From the IMG/VR virus record IMGVR_UViG_3300028603_000025, positions 34,936 to 98,935 of that record: a stretch of DNA of 64,000 nt; one strand, written 5' to 3'. Every line of letters begins with the position of its first letter. The first letter of the stretch is position 1. The DNA is from a virus (taxonomy: Duplodnaviria; Caudoviricetes). The notes beneath the pieces are model-generated. The model had not been told where the DNA came from and did not search any database. It saw only the letters and a program-made list of their open reading frames with translations. Below are positions 17,241 to 25,008 of this stretch, piece by piece. Both the position numbers and the translations under genes were made by a program.

Positions 17241-20200
17241 TTGATTAAAGTAATCGTTAAGAGAGACGGTAGGAACGAGGAGTTTTTTCCTCATAAATTA
17301 AACGGATGGGGAGAATGGGCAGCAGATACGTTAGGTGAATATGTCGATTGGCAAGGGATAGTATTGACCACGGTATCCACTCTTCCCGAAACGTGTTCGA
17401 CTGATTTGTTGCAGGATAGATTAATAAAATCATGTTTGGATATAGGCACGTATTCGTACAATCGCATGGCAGGAAGACTCTATGCTGCACAATTGCGCAA
17501 ACGAATATTCCGAAACGGAATGCCTACCGTGAAAGAGTTGCACGAAAATCTTATCGAAAAAGGATACATGGTAAGGATGAAGTACTCGGATAATGAGTAT
17601 GATGAGATTGAAGGGATAATTAATCACGAACTGGATTACGATGCTACTCATTACGAATTACATCAAACGAGGTCAAAATACTCATTACAGAACCGCGTAA
17701 CCGGAGAAGAATTCGAGACACAGCAGTTCGTATATATGAGAATGGCTATGGCCTTGGCCGAAACTCAACCTCTAAACCGTAGAATGTACGATTTGAGAAA
17801 ATGGTACGAGCACCTTAGTAAAAAGAGGCTGAACGCCCCGACGCCAAACTATGTTAACTTGGGCACTTCTTTGAAGGGATATGCGTCATGCTGTCTATTC
17901 ACGACCGGGGATACCGCCAAGAGTATCGAAACAGGAGTTCATATTGCATATACCATGACCACCATGTCTGCTGGAATTGGTGCACATATGAATATACGCA
18001 GCCTGGGCGACGCGGTAAAGGGCGGTACGATCCAACACATGGGAAAGATACCTTATTTTAGATACCTTGTTTCGGCGGTCCATTCGTCTTTGCAGAACGG
18101 GAGAGGTGGTGCATGCACTACTTACTATCCTGCATTTGACCCAGAAGTCAAAGTGATTAGTCAGTTGAAAAATCCAATGTCCACCGAAGACAAAAAAATT
18201 CGTGGAATGGACTATTCGTTCGGGAGCAACAAGTTCTTTGCTCGTAAGGTAGCAAAGAACGAAGAAGTGTTCTTATTTAACGGATTCACGGCTCCTGATT
18301 TGTATGAGGCGATGTATTCTTCTGATACGGAATTGTTTGAGAAACTCTACGTTAAATATGAGAACGACGAGTCATTCAAAAAGGAATACGTGAATGCTCG
18401 CGATATAGTTACCACGGTTCTAAACGAGGGATATGAAACGGGAAGAACGTACCTCCATTTTCCCGATGAAATGAACAGGCATACCCCATTCAAGGACCCT
18501 ATTTATAGCTCAAATCTTTGCGTTGCTCCGGAAACCGAAGTCTTGACCAAAAACGGTTATGTTCCTATCATCGAACTATCCGGAAACGAAGTTGAAGTTT
18601 GGAATGGTGAAGAGTGGAGTTTGTCGAAGGTCGAAAAGACTGGAACAAATCAAAAATTGCTTAAGGTGACGACCTCTGCTGGGCAGGTAATAGAATGTAC
18701 ACCATATCATAAATTTTATGTGATAGACGATTACTGGAAATCTCCGCGCGAAGTTCGTGCGTATGAGTTGCAAGAGGGAGATAAACTGATTAAATTCAAT
18801 CTTCCTGTAATAGAAGGGGAAAGAAAGCTAGATAAAGCATATATAAATGGGTTTTATTGTGGAGATGGGTGCTTGACAAGTCAGGGACAACGTATCTACC
18901 TATATGGTGAGAAAAGAAATCTCCAAGGTTATTTTGAGACCGGAAGTAAATGGACCATCCAAGATGATTTGGATAGACAATATATTCACTTTAAAGATTT
19001 GAAAGATAAATTTTTTGTTCCCATGAACGATTATGATATAAATAGCCGACTTCAGTGGTTATCTGGGATACTTGATTCTGATGGGTGCGTCTATAGAAAT
19101 GGTACGAACGAACAACTCGTGATATGTTCTATAGAGAAAGAATTTCTTCGCGATATTCAAAAAATGCTACAAACTCTGGGAGTATCTGCAAAAATATCGT
19201 CTGTTTTGGAGGAGGGGTTTAGACTTCTTCCCGCTAACGATGGTAGTGGAGAAATGAAGAATTTTTGGTGCAAAAAATCATACCGCCTATTGATTACTAG
19301 CTGCGACGCTCATAAACTTTATCAACTTGGTTTACGAACACATCGTTTAAAAATAAACGATAGATTACCTCAACGAGACGCCAGACAATTCACCAAAATT
19401 ATAAGTGTCGTTGATGAAGGAAGATGCGATGACACATACTGTTTAAACGAACCGAAACGCCATATGGCAATGTTCAACGGAATTTTGACTGGACAGTGTG
19501 CGGAAATAAGTCTCCCGACTAAACCTTACCATAACATGCAAGACTTGTATTCAACCGAAGACCACGGAAAATCAGAAATCGGTCTGTGTTCTTTAGCCGG
19601 AGTCGTGGTATCCAATATCGAAAACGACGAACAGTATGAAGAAGTAATTTACTACGCCCTGTTGATGATTGATAAATGTATCCATATGTCTGATTACGTT
19701 CTTCCTCATCTTGAAGTTACGGCCAAGGGAAGGCTGTCCGCGGGAATAGGCGTAATAGGGCTGGCGCATTTGATGGCTAAGAACAAACTATTATACTCTT
19801 CCCAAGAAGGAAAAAACTTTATTCATGAGTTGTTTGAGAAGCACATGTACTATGCAATCAAAGCCTCCTTGAGACTTGGAAAAGAGCTCGGTAATGCTCC
19901 GTGGATGAATAAAACCAAGTGGGTAGACGGATGGATGCCTATTGACTCATATAACCGTAACGTGGATAAGATAGTAACCATTTCTAATCGGCTTGATTGG
20001 GAGTACCTTAGACATGAGGTCATGAGAAATGGAGGAATTCGTAATAGCGTTTTAGTTGCTCATATGCCTTCCGAGAGTTCGTCGAAAGCATCAGGAACGA
20101 CTAATGGAGTATATCCGGTAAGGGATTTGTCTTTGCTCAAAGGAGACAACACCACCATGACTTACTGGGCTGCTCCAGAAGGAGAAGCTCTCGGAGAATG

Positions 20201-20468
20201 GTACGAACGTGCCTGGGATATCGACACCAAGGATATGATTGATTGTTATGCCATAATGCAAAAATTTACCGACCAGGCTATCAGCGCCGATTTATACCGT
20301 AGACTCGTCGGAGATGATGTGGTTACCACTACAGAAATGTTGACAGATTATCTGTATATGGTTAAAATGGGAATGAAAACTCGTTATTACGTTAACAGCA
20401 AAACGTCTGATGGCGTAGAGTTGGATAATGGCGATGTCGGTTGCGCGGGCGGCGCATGCACACTTTAG
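17241..20468 (+). CDS. nrdA: class Ia ribonucleotide reductase alpha subunit containing an intein
   Basis: ATP-cone VKRDG, NAPTP, ASCC, RGGA, SNL|CAEI, LCSL, MPSESSS and C-terminal CAGGACTL. Confidence 0.97.
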   Translation: MIKVIVKRDGRNEEFFPHKLNGWGEWAADTLGEYVDWQGIVLTTVSTLPETCSTDLLQDRLIKSCLDIGTYSYNRMAGRLYAAQLRKRIFRNGMPTVKELHENLIEKGYMVRMKYSDNEYDEIEGIINHELDYDATHYELHQTRSKYSLQNRVTGEEFETQQFVYMRMAMALAETQPLNRRMYDLRKWYEHLSKKRLNAPTPNYVNLGTSLKGYASCCLFTTGDTAKSIETGVHIAYTMTTMSAGIGAHMNIRSLGDAVKGGTIQHMGKIPYFRYLVSAVHSSLQNGRGGACTTYYPAFDPEVKVISQLKNPMSTEDKKIRGMDYSFGSNKFFARKVAKNEEVFLFNGFTAPDLYEAMYSSDTELFEKLYVKYENDESFKKEYVNARDIVTTVLNEGYETGRTYLHFPDEMNRHTPFKDPIYSSNLCVAPETEVLTKNGYVPIIELSGNEVEVWNGEEWSLSKVEKTGTNQKLLKVTTSAGQVIECTPYHKFYVIDDYWKSPREVRAYELQEGDKLIKFNLPVIEGERKLDKAYINGFYCGDGCLTSQGQRIYLYGEKRNLQGYFETGSKWTIQDDLDRQYIHFKDLKDKFFVPMNDYDINSRLQWLSGILDSDGCVYRNGTNEQLVICSIEKEFLRDIQKMLQTLGVSAKISSVLEEGFRLLPANDGSGEMKNFWCKKSYRLLITSCDAHKLYQLGLRTHRLKINDRLPQRDARQFTKIISVVDEGRCDDTYCLNEPKRHMAMFNGILTGQCAEISLPTKPYHNMQDLYSTEDHGKSEIGLCSLAGVVVSNIENDEQYEEVIYYALLMIDKCIHMSDYVLPHLEVTAKGRLSAGIGVIGLAHLMAKNKLLYSSQEGKNFIHELFEKHMYYAIKASLRLGKELGNAPWMNKTKWVDGWMPIDSYNRNVDKIVTISNRLDWEYLRHEVMRNGGIRNSVLVAHMPSESSSKASGTTNGVYPVRDLSLLKGDNTTMTYWAAPEGEALGEWYERAWDIDTKDMIDCYAIMQKFTDQAISADLYRRLVGDDVVTTTEMLTDYLYMVKMGMKTRYYVNSKTSDGVELDNGDVGCAGGACTL
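18519..19496 (+). mobile_element. LAGLIDADG intein (326 aa) with C-terminal Gln, at the NrdA catalytic Cys
   Basis: CVAPETEVLT, CTPYHKF, GFYCGDG, WLSGILDSDG, DDTYC and FNGILTGQ|C. Confidence 0.95.
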
Positions 20469-20476
20469 GAGAAATC

Positions 20477-21586
20477 ATGGGAAAGGATATTCATAGCAAG
20501 GTCTTTAACACAAAGAAAACAGATTATAGAAACGTATCCCTGATTCTAGGGGAACAGGACGTGGGCCTGTTTGATACAGTGAATAAGCAGTATCCAGATA
20601 TCTGGAAGCTGTATAAGCAACAGAAAAGTCAAGATTGGGACGAGAACGAATTTGATTATTCCACTTGCAACGTCGAATTTAAATCATGTTCTCGGTCACA
20701 GTATGACATCATGATTAGAACGCTTGCGTGGCAATGGGAAGCCGACAGCGTAGCATCAAGAGCAATAGCTCCTATCCTTGCGCCATTTATCACATCTAGT
20801 GAATTATGGGCAGCGTGGCTGAAAGTTACTGAGATAGAGTGTTTACATTCGGCCACATATTCGGAGATTGTTCGGTGCAGCTTCGATAATCCAGAACACG
20901 TTCTTGGGGAGATTTTGTCGGTCAAAGAATCTCTGAGTAGACTGACCGGAATAACCAGAGTGTTCGCTCAGGCATACGAAACTTCCCATAAATATGCGCT
21001 TGGAATGGTGGGAAATAACCAAGAGACGTACAACGATGCATTCATGTGTATAGTTGGGCTGTTGATATTGGAGAGAATACAGTTCATGGCCTCGTTTAAT
21101 AGCACTTTCGCCATTTGTGATACCGGGATATTTCAGCCTATCGGAAAAGCTATTCAGAAGATTGCACAAGACGAGCTCGAGGTTCATGTTGCATTGGATA
21201 AAGCTGTATTGCGACACGAAATGACGACTCCCCGAGGAAAGATTGCATTTTCTCAAAACAGAGAAAGAATCAGGACATTAATCGACGAAGTCGTGGATAG
21301 TGAATTTGAATGGACTGATTATTTGTTCTCGGAAGGAAGAGAGCTTGTCGGAGCGAACGCAGAAACCGTGAAAAAATGGGTGATGTTCAATGCCAAAGAC
21401 GTGTATAATATGTTTGGAGTGGAATCGAAGTATCCCTTGCCGCAGACAAATCCTTGTAAATTTATGGAAAACTGGCTCGATATAAGCAAGACTCAACCTG
21501 CTCCCCAAGAACAGGACATAGGCCAATATCGAGTTGGTATCATGCGAAGGGATGACGAAAATAAACATTTTGACATAGACTTTTAA
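20477..21586 (+). CDS. nrdB: ribonucleotide reductase beta subunit
   Basis: WDENEF, QWEADS, ECLHSATY, LERIQFMASF, DELEVH and QPAPQE; ATG at 20477 with AGGAG RBS. Confidence 0.96.
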   Translation: MGKDIHSKVFNTKKTDYRNVSLILGEQDVGLFDTVNKQYPDIWKLYKQQKSQDWDENEFDYSTCNVEFKSCSRSQYDIMIRTLAWQWEADSVASRAIAPILAPFITSSELWAAWLKVTEIECLHSATYSEIVRCSFDNPEHVLGEILSVKESLSRLTGITRVFAQAYETSHKYALGMVGNNQETYNDAFMCIVGLLILERIQFMASFNSTFAICDTGIFQPIGKAIQKIAQDELEVHVALDKAVLRHEMTTPRGKIAFSQNRERIRTLIDEVVDSEFEWTDYLFSEGRELVGANAETVKKWVMFNAKDVYNMFGVESKYPLPQTNPCKFMENWLDISKTQPAPQEQDIGQYRVGIMRRDDENKHFDIDF

Positions 21587-21661
21587 CCGAAAAAATAGCG
21601 GCGGGAATCGTCGGTACTGCTAGTCGATGTAATGTTATAAACAAGAGGAAAAAAGGAAGGT

Positions 21662-22501
21662 ATGGAAATAAATAAAATATACAACGAAAATTGCCTTGAT
21701 ACGATGGCTAAAATGCCTGATAATTTCATTGACTTAACGGTTACTTCACCGCCTTATGACAACTTACGACAATACAAAGGTTATTCATTTGCATTTGAAG
21801 ATATTGCTAAAGAATTATTCAGAGTAACAAAACAAGGTGGCGTGGTAGTTTGGATTGTTGGAGATGCGACCGTGAAAGGTAGCGAAACAGGAACAAGTTT
21901 CAGGCAAGCATTATTCTTCAAAGAAATAGGATTTAATGTTCATGATACAATGATTTATGCAAAAAATAACATTCCTGTTTATGACCCAAGAAATAAACGA
22001 TATAAAAACGGGTTTGAATTTATGTTTGTTTTAAGTAAAGGAAAACCAAATACATATAACCCGATAAAAGACGTATTATCGAAAAAGAAATCAAGCAACG
22101 GAGTTACAAAAAGAAATCCTGACGGAAGTATGAGAGCAGCAAAAGACGTCGAATTTGGAGAATACCAAGATAGAAGTAATGTTTGGTTTTTTAAAAATGG
22201 GTATATGCAAACAACAAAAGATAAACTCGCTTTCGAACACCCTGCGATATTTCCTGAACAATTAGCAAATGACCATATAATAAGCTGGAGCAACGAAGGT
22301 GATTTGGTTTACGACCCATTTATGGGAAGTGGAACAACTGCCAAAATGAGTATTCTAAATAATAGAAATTGGATAGGTAGTGAAATATCTTCTGAATACT
22401 GTGATATTATTGAAGAACGTATTAAAAAAGCGCTGGAAGAAAATCCAGTATTTGTCCAGTTGCCAAGGAAGCTAGAAGCTCCGTCCTTTAGGTCGGAGTA
22501 A
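21662..22501 (+). CDS. N4-C/N6-A DNA methyltransferase (beta class)
   Basis: VTSPPY precedes HPAIFP and DPFMGSGTT; AT-rich. Confidence 0.93.
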   Translation: MEINKIYNENCLDTMAKMPDNFIDLTVTSPPYDNLRQYKGYSFAFEDIAKELFRVTKQGGVVVWIVGDATVKGSETGTSFRQALFFKEIGFNVHDTMIYAKNNIPVYDPRNKRYKNGFEFMFVLSKGKPNTYNPIKDVLSKKKSSNGVTKRNPDGSMRAAKDVEFGEYQDRSNVWFFKNGYMQTTKDKLAFEHPAIFPEQLANDHIISWSNEGDLVYDPFMGSGTTAKMSILNNRNWIGSEISSEYCDIIEERIKKALEENPVFVQLPRKLEAPSFRSE

Positions 22502-22506
22502 TTCAC
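22475..22506 (+). mobile_element. IS200/IS605-type right-end hairpin remnant
   Basis: gaagctccgtcctttaggtcggagtaattcac: ctccg/cggag stem and TCAC terminus, as in tnpB-element right ends. Confidence 0.6.
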
Positions 22507-22508
22507 GA

Positions 22509-22976
22509 ATGGAAATGGAATATCTACCTGACTCACTTAGGGAGTATCTATCTTCGACCTACGGCATTCGGCCTCTTGCGAGGAGTAGGGATGCGCCCCC
22601 GAACTCCTACGCGGTTATTGACTCAATGTATTCTTTACGTTCCCTGAAGGTCGAATGTCCGAAGTTGCTTCACCTTCTGGAAATGTCTTCTCATGAACGA
22701 ATGAATGTACTAGTCATATTGATATTGCGCAGGGGCGATAACGGGAAGTTTCAGGTAACTTCTGCCCGGACACATCCGGATTCCCTCAGATTCAATGACG
22801 CGTTATGTCAGGATGATGTTATCCTACGAACAAAGACAAAAGTTATCCGGGATGATACAGAAGGACTGATTAAGGAGTTACGGTTGATCGAAGACAGGGC
22901 TTCGTGCATCCTGTTGGATGCTCACAACAAGTCGGTCGAGAGTGTTACGGCTGGCAAAGGAATTAGAATTGGTTAG
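22509..22976 (+). CDS. hypothetical protein
   Basis: 155 aa ORF with no recognised motif. Confidence 0.55.
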   Translation: MEMEYLPDSLREYLSSTYGIRPLARSRDAPPNSYAVIDSMYSLRSLKVECPKLLHLLEMSSHERMNVLVILILRRGDNGKFQVTSARTHPDSLRFNDALCQDDVILRTKTKVIRDDTEGLIKELRLIEDRASCILLDAHNKSVESVTAGKGIRIG

Positions 22977-23012
22977 GCTGGTGCCTACCAGTGTAAAAAG
23001 TTGTTCCACCTG

Positions 23013-23041
23013 TTGACAAACCTTCGAATCGTACGTATAAT
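23013..23041 (+). promoter_or_regulatory. consensus sigma70 early promoter
   Basis: TTGACA-17 nt-TATAAT. Confidence 0.9.
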
Positions 23042-23084
23042 TTAAACAATCGATAACAAACAAAGAATGATTAAGGAGATAGAA

Positions 23085-23342
23085 ATGACTAAAGTAAATT
23101 ATGAAGGGCAAGAATTTACGCTGATAACCGAGCCTGTGCTCGAAGCCAAGTATCCCATCCTTGATTATGGGACGGGATACGCCACATCAACACCCATTCA
23201 GTATGACTTTGAGTACACTGCGAAAGCAGTGGGCGCTGATGGTAAGTCATATTTACTATACTGGATGTTTGAAGAAGGAGAACCTGTACTATTCACAGAA
23301 CCGTACGACATCGAATGTATGGATGACTTTGAAGAAGAGTAA
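23085..23342 (+). CDS. hypothetical acidic early protein
   Basis: AAGGAG RBS and ATG at 23085, downstream of the promoter. Confidence 0.7.
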   Translation: MTKVNYEGQEFTLITEPVLEAKYPILDYGTGYATSTPIQYDFEYTAKAVGADGKSYLLYWMFEEGEPVLFTEPYDIECMDDFEEE

Positions 23343-23605
23343 TGACTATTCTAAAAAATATCGAAACTGTAAAAAGGCTGGAGGAAATTGCAAAAAACCA
23401 TTTATGCGGTGGCAAGTTTTCGTACGAGAACGGCAAAGCCCGTATTATATTTTTTCAGCCCTTTTCAGGGTTAGGCGGTGTTCAAGTATCGCTCCGAAAA
23501 GGAAAGTCCAATGCATTAGAAATTCTAATTAAAAAACTTGACGAACTGTACAATAAAGAATTTTCATGGTCGAAACATCACTTTGATATTAAATCAAATG
23601 AGTAA
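23342..23605 (+). CDS. hypothetical protein
   Basis: TAATG stop/start overlap with the upstream gene. Confidence 0.6.
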   Translation: MTILKNIETVKRLEEIAKNHLCGGKFSYENGKARIIFFQPFSGLGGVQVSLRKGKSNALEILIKKLDELYNKEFSWSKHHFDIKSNE

Positions 23606-23662
23606 TGACAATGCCGACATATAACGGAGTAATTCACTTCCTAAAAATATTTCAAATAACCA

Positions 23663-23691
23663 TTGACATGTCGCAGCGGATACCGTAAACT
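23663..23691 (+). promoter_or_regulatory. sigma70 early promoter
   Basis: TTGACA-17 nt-TAAACT, with an AT-rich UP element. Confidence 0.8.
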
Positions 23692-23724
23692 TCTTTTCAT
23701 CGAATCACGAACCGGAGTAACAAA

Positions 23725-23949
23725 ATGACAAAGCAAGATAAGATAATCGCTGCGCAACAAGAATTCAAGAATTCAAGCGTATACAAAACCTGTTCTGCTA
23801 AGTTTAATGAAGCGCGCGAACTGGGACTAAAAGGAGCAAGAATGTTTTACCACGTAAAGGAGGAGTTTAAGGCCGAGCAGGCCAAAATGAAAGAAATTGC
23901 AATGAAGTACGGAGTTCCTCCAGAAGATATCTGGGACTGGTCAATTTAA
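23725..23949 (+). CDS. hypothetical protein
   Basis: GGAG RBS downstream of the promoter. Confidence 0.7.
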   Translation: MTKQDKIIAAQQEFKNSSVYKTCSAKFNEARELGLKGARMFYHVKEEFKAEQAKMKEIAMKYGVPPEDIWDWSI

Positions 23950-23972
23950 TTTAACTTAACTTAAGGATAAAC

Positions 23973-24584
23973 ATGAAATTATCATACTTGATTACGAGCG
24001 CAGCTTTAGTATTTGCTTCACATTCATCATTTTCCGCGTCAACATCAGACGTAACGTTCAACGGGAGCAAATCAGACGCATACGTTTCTACCGGAAGTAA
24101 CTTCACGAACGCAACCGATGCGACTAACTATGCCAATACCAATAACGTGTTTGGGGGCGGATGGAATGTCGGGGATGGAGTAGTTGACGGATTTGATTTT
24201 ACCTTTGTCAAGTTCGGGGGAATGTACGGATTGGGCGTAACAGAAACAGGAACAAACGCATTCGCCCTTCCTGCCATCATGGACCTGTCGATTTACGTTC
24301 CTTCAGGAAACGACGGGGATTATTATTTCTTTGATGATGTAGAAGTGGACTGGCTTTCAGCAGGAACATATGACCTGAACTGGGAATGGGGGACTACCTC
24401 CGTCAATTTAGGATTCTTCACAATTGACATTCCCACTTACTTACCTACCACAGACTCAAGTGGAGTATCCTTGTTAGTCCGCGATATTCGTTCAAGTCAA
24501 GTTCCGGAACCAATGCCTTTGGCTTTGCTCGGAATCGGACTTCTGGCGGCAAGTTTCGCATCAAGAAGAAAAGTAATTAACTAA
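23973..24584 (+). CDS. PEP-CTERM sorting-domain surface protein
   Basis: Signal peptide (..SSFSA), Ser/Thr/Gly/Asp-rich body, then C-terminal VPEP, a transmembrane segment (LALLGIGLLAA) and basic RRK. Confidence 0.92.
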   Translation: MKLSYLITSAALVFASHSSFSASTSDVTFNGSKSDAYVSTGSNFTNATDATNYANTNNVFGGGWNVGDGVVDGFDFTFVKFGGMYGLGVTETGTNAFALPAIMDLSIYVPSGNDGDYYFFDDVEVDWLSAGTYDLNWEWGTTSVNLGFFTIDIPTYLPTTDSSGVSLLVRDIRSSQVPEPMPLALLGIGLLAASFASRRKVIN

Positions 24585-24588
24585 AACA

Positions 24589-24612
24589 GGAGCCGGGGAA
24601 CCCCGGCTTTTT
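24589..24612 (+). terminator. rho-independent terminator
   Basis: gccgggg-aa-ccccggc followed by TTTTT. Confidence 0.85.
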
Positions 24613-24615
24613 GAA

Positions 24616-24969
24616 ATGGAATTGATGCTGATTATTGTGGGTTTAGTCGGATTGATGTATTCTACTTATTTATTTACGAAGGAAATGAAAATGGAAGAAC
24701 CGGAACAAGTCGATTTAATTAAGAAGATGAAAATGCGAGTATCAGAAGACGCGCTGGAAGGAAAGAATGTATCAACGATTGTACTTGCCTCCCATGAACA
24801 AGTGACTCCTGAAATAAAGAAACAGTTTGGAGATTTGGGGATGAAAGTACAAGTATGGAAAGTTAATCAGGAAAGTACTAAGTTTAGAAAAGGGGATGTG
24901 TTTGTTACCGTAACAATCCCGACGAATTTGTCGTCGGTTATAGCGTCGCAGATAGCGGAAGAGGTATAG
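24616..24969 (+). CDS. hypothetical membrane-anchored protein
   Basis: N-terminal transmembrane helix LMLIIVGLVGLMYSTYLF. Confidence 0.65.
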   Translation: MELMLIIVGLVGLMYSTYLFTKEMKMEEPEQVDLIKKMKMRVSEDALEGKNVSTIVLASHEQVTPEIKKQFGDLGMKVQVWKVNQESTKFRKGDVFVTVTIPTNLSSVIASQIAEEV

Positions 24970-24973
24970 AAAG

Positions 24974-25008
24974 GACCGGGAGTAATTTATGGCCTCCCGG
25001 GTTTTTTG
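24974..25008. terminator. terminator between convergent genes
   Basis: ccgggag...ctcccgg followed by a T-tract. Confidence 0.65.
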
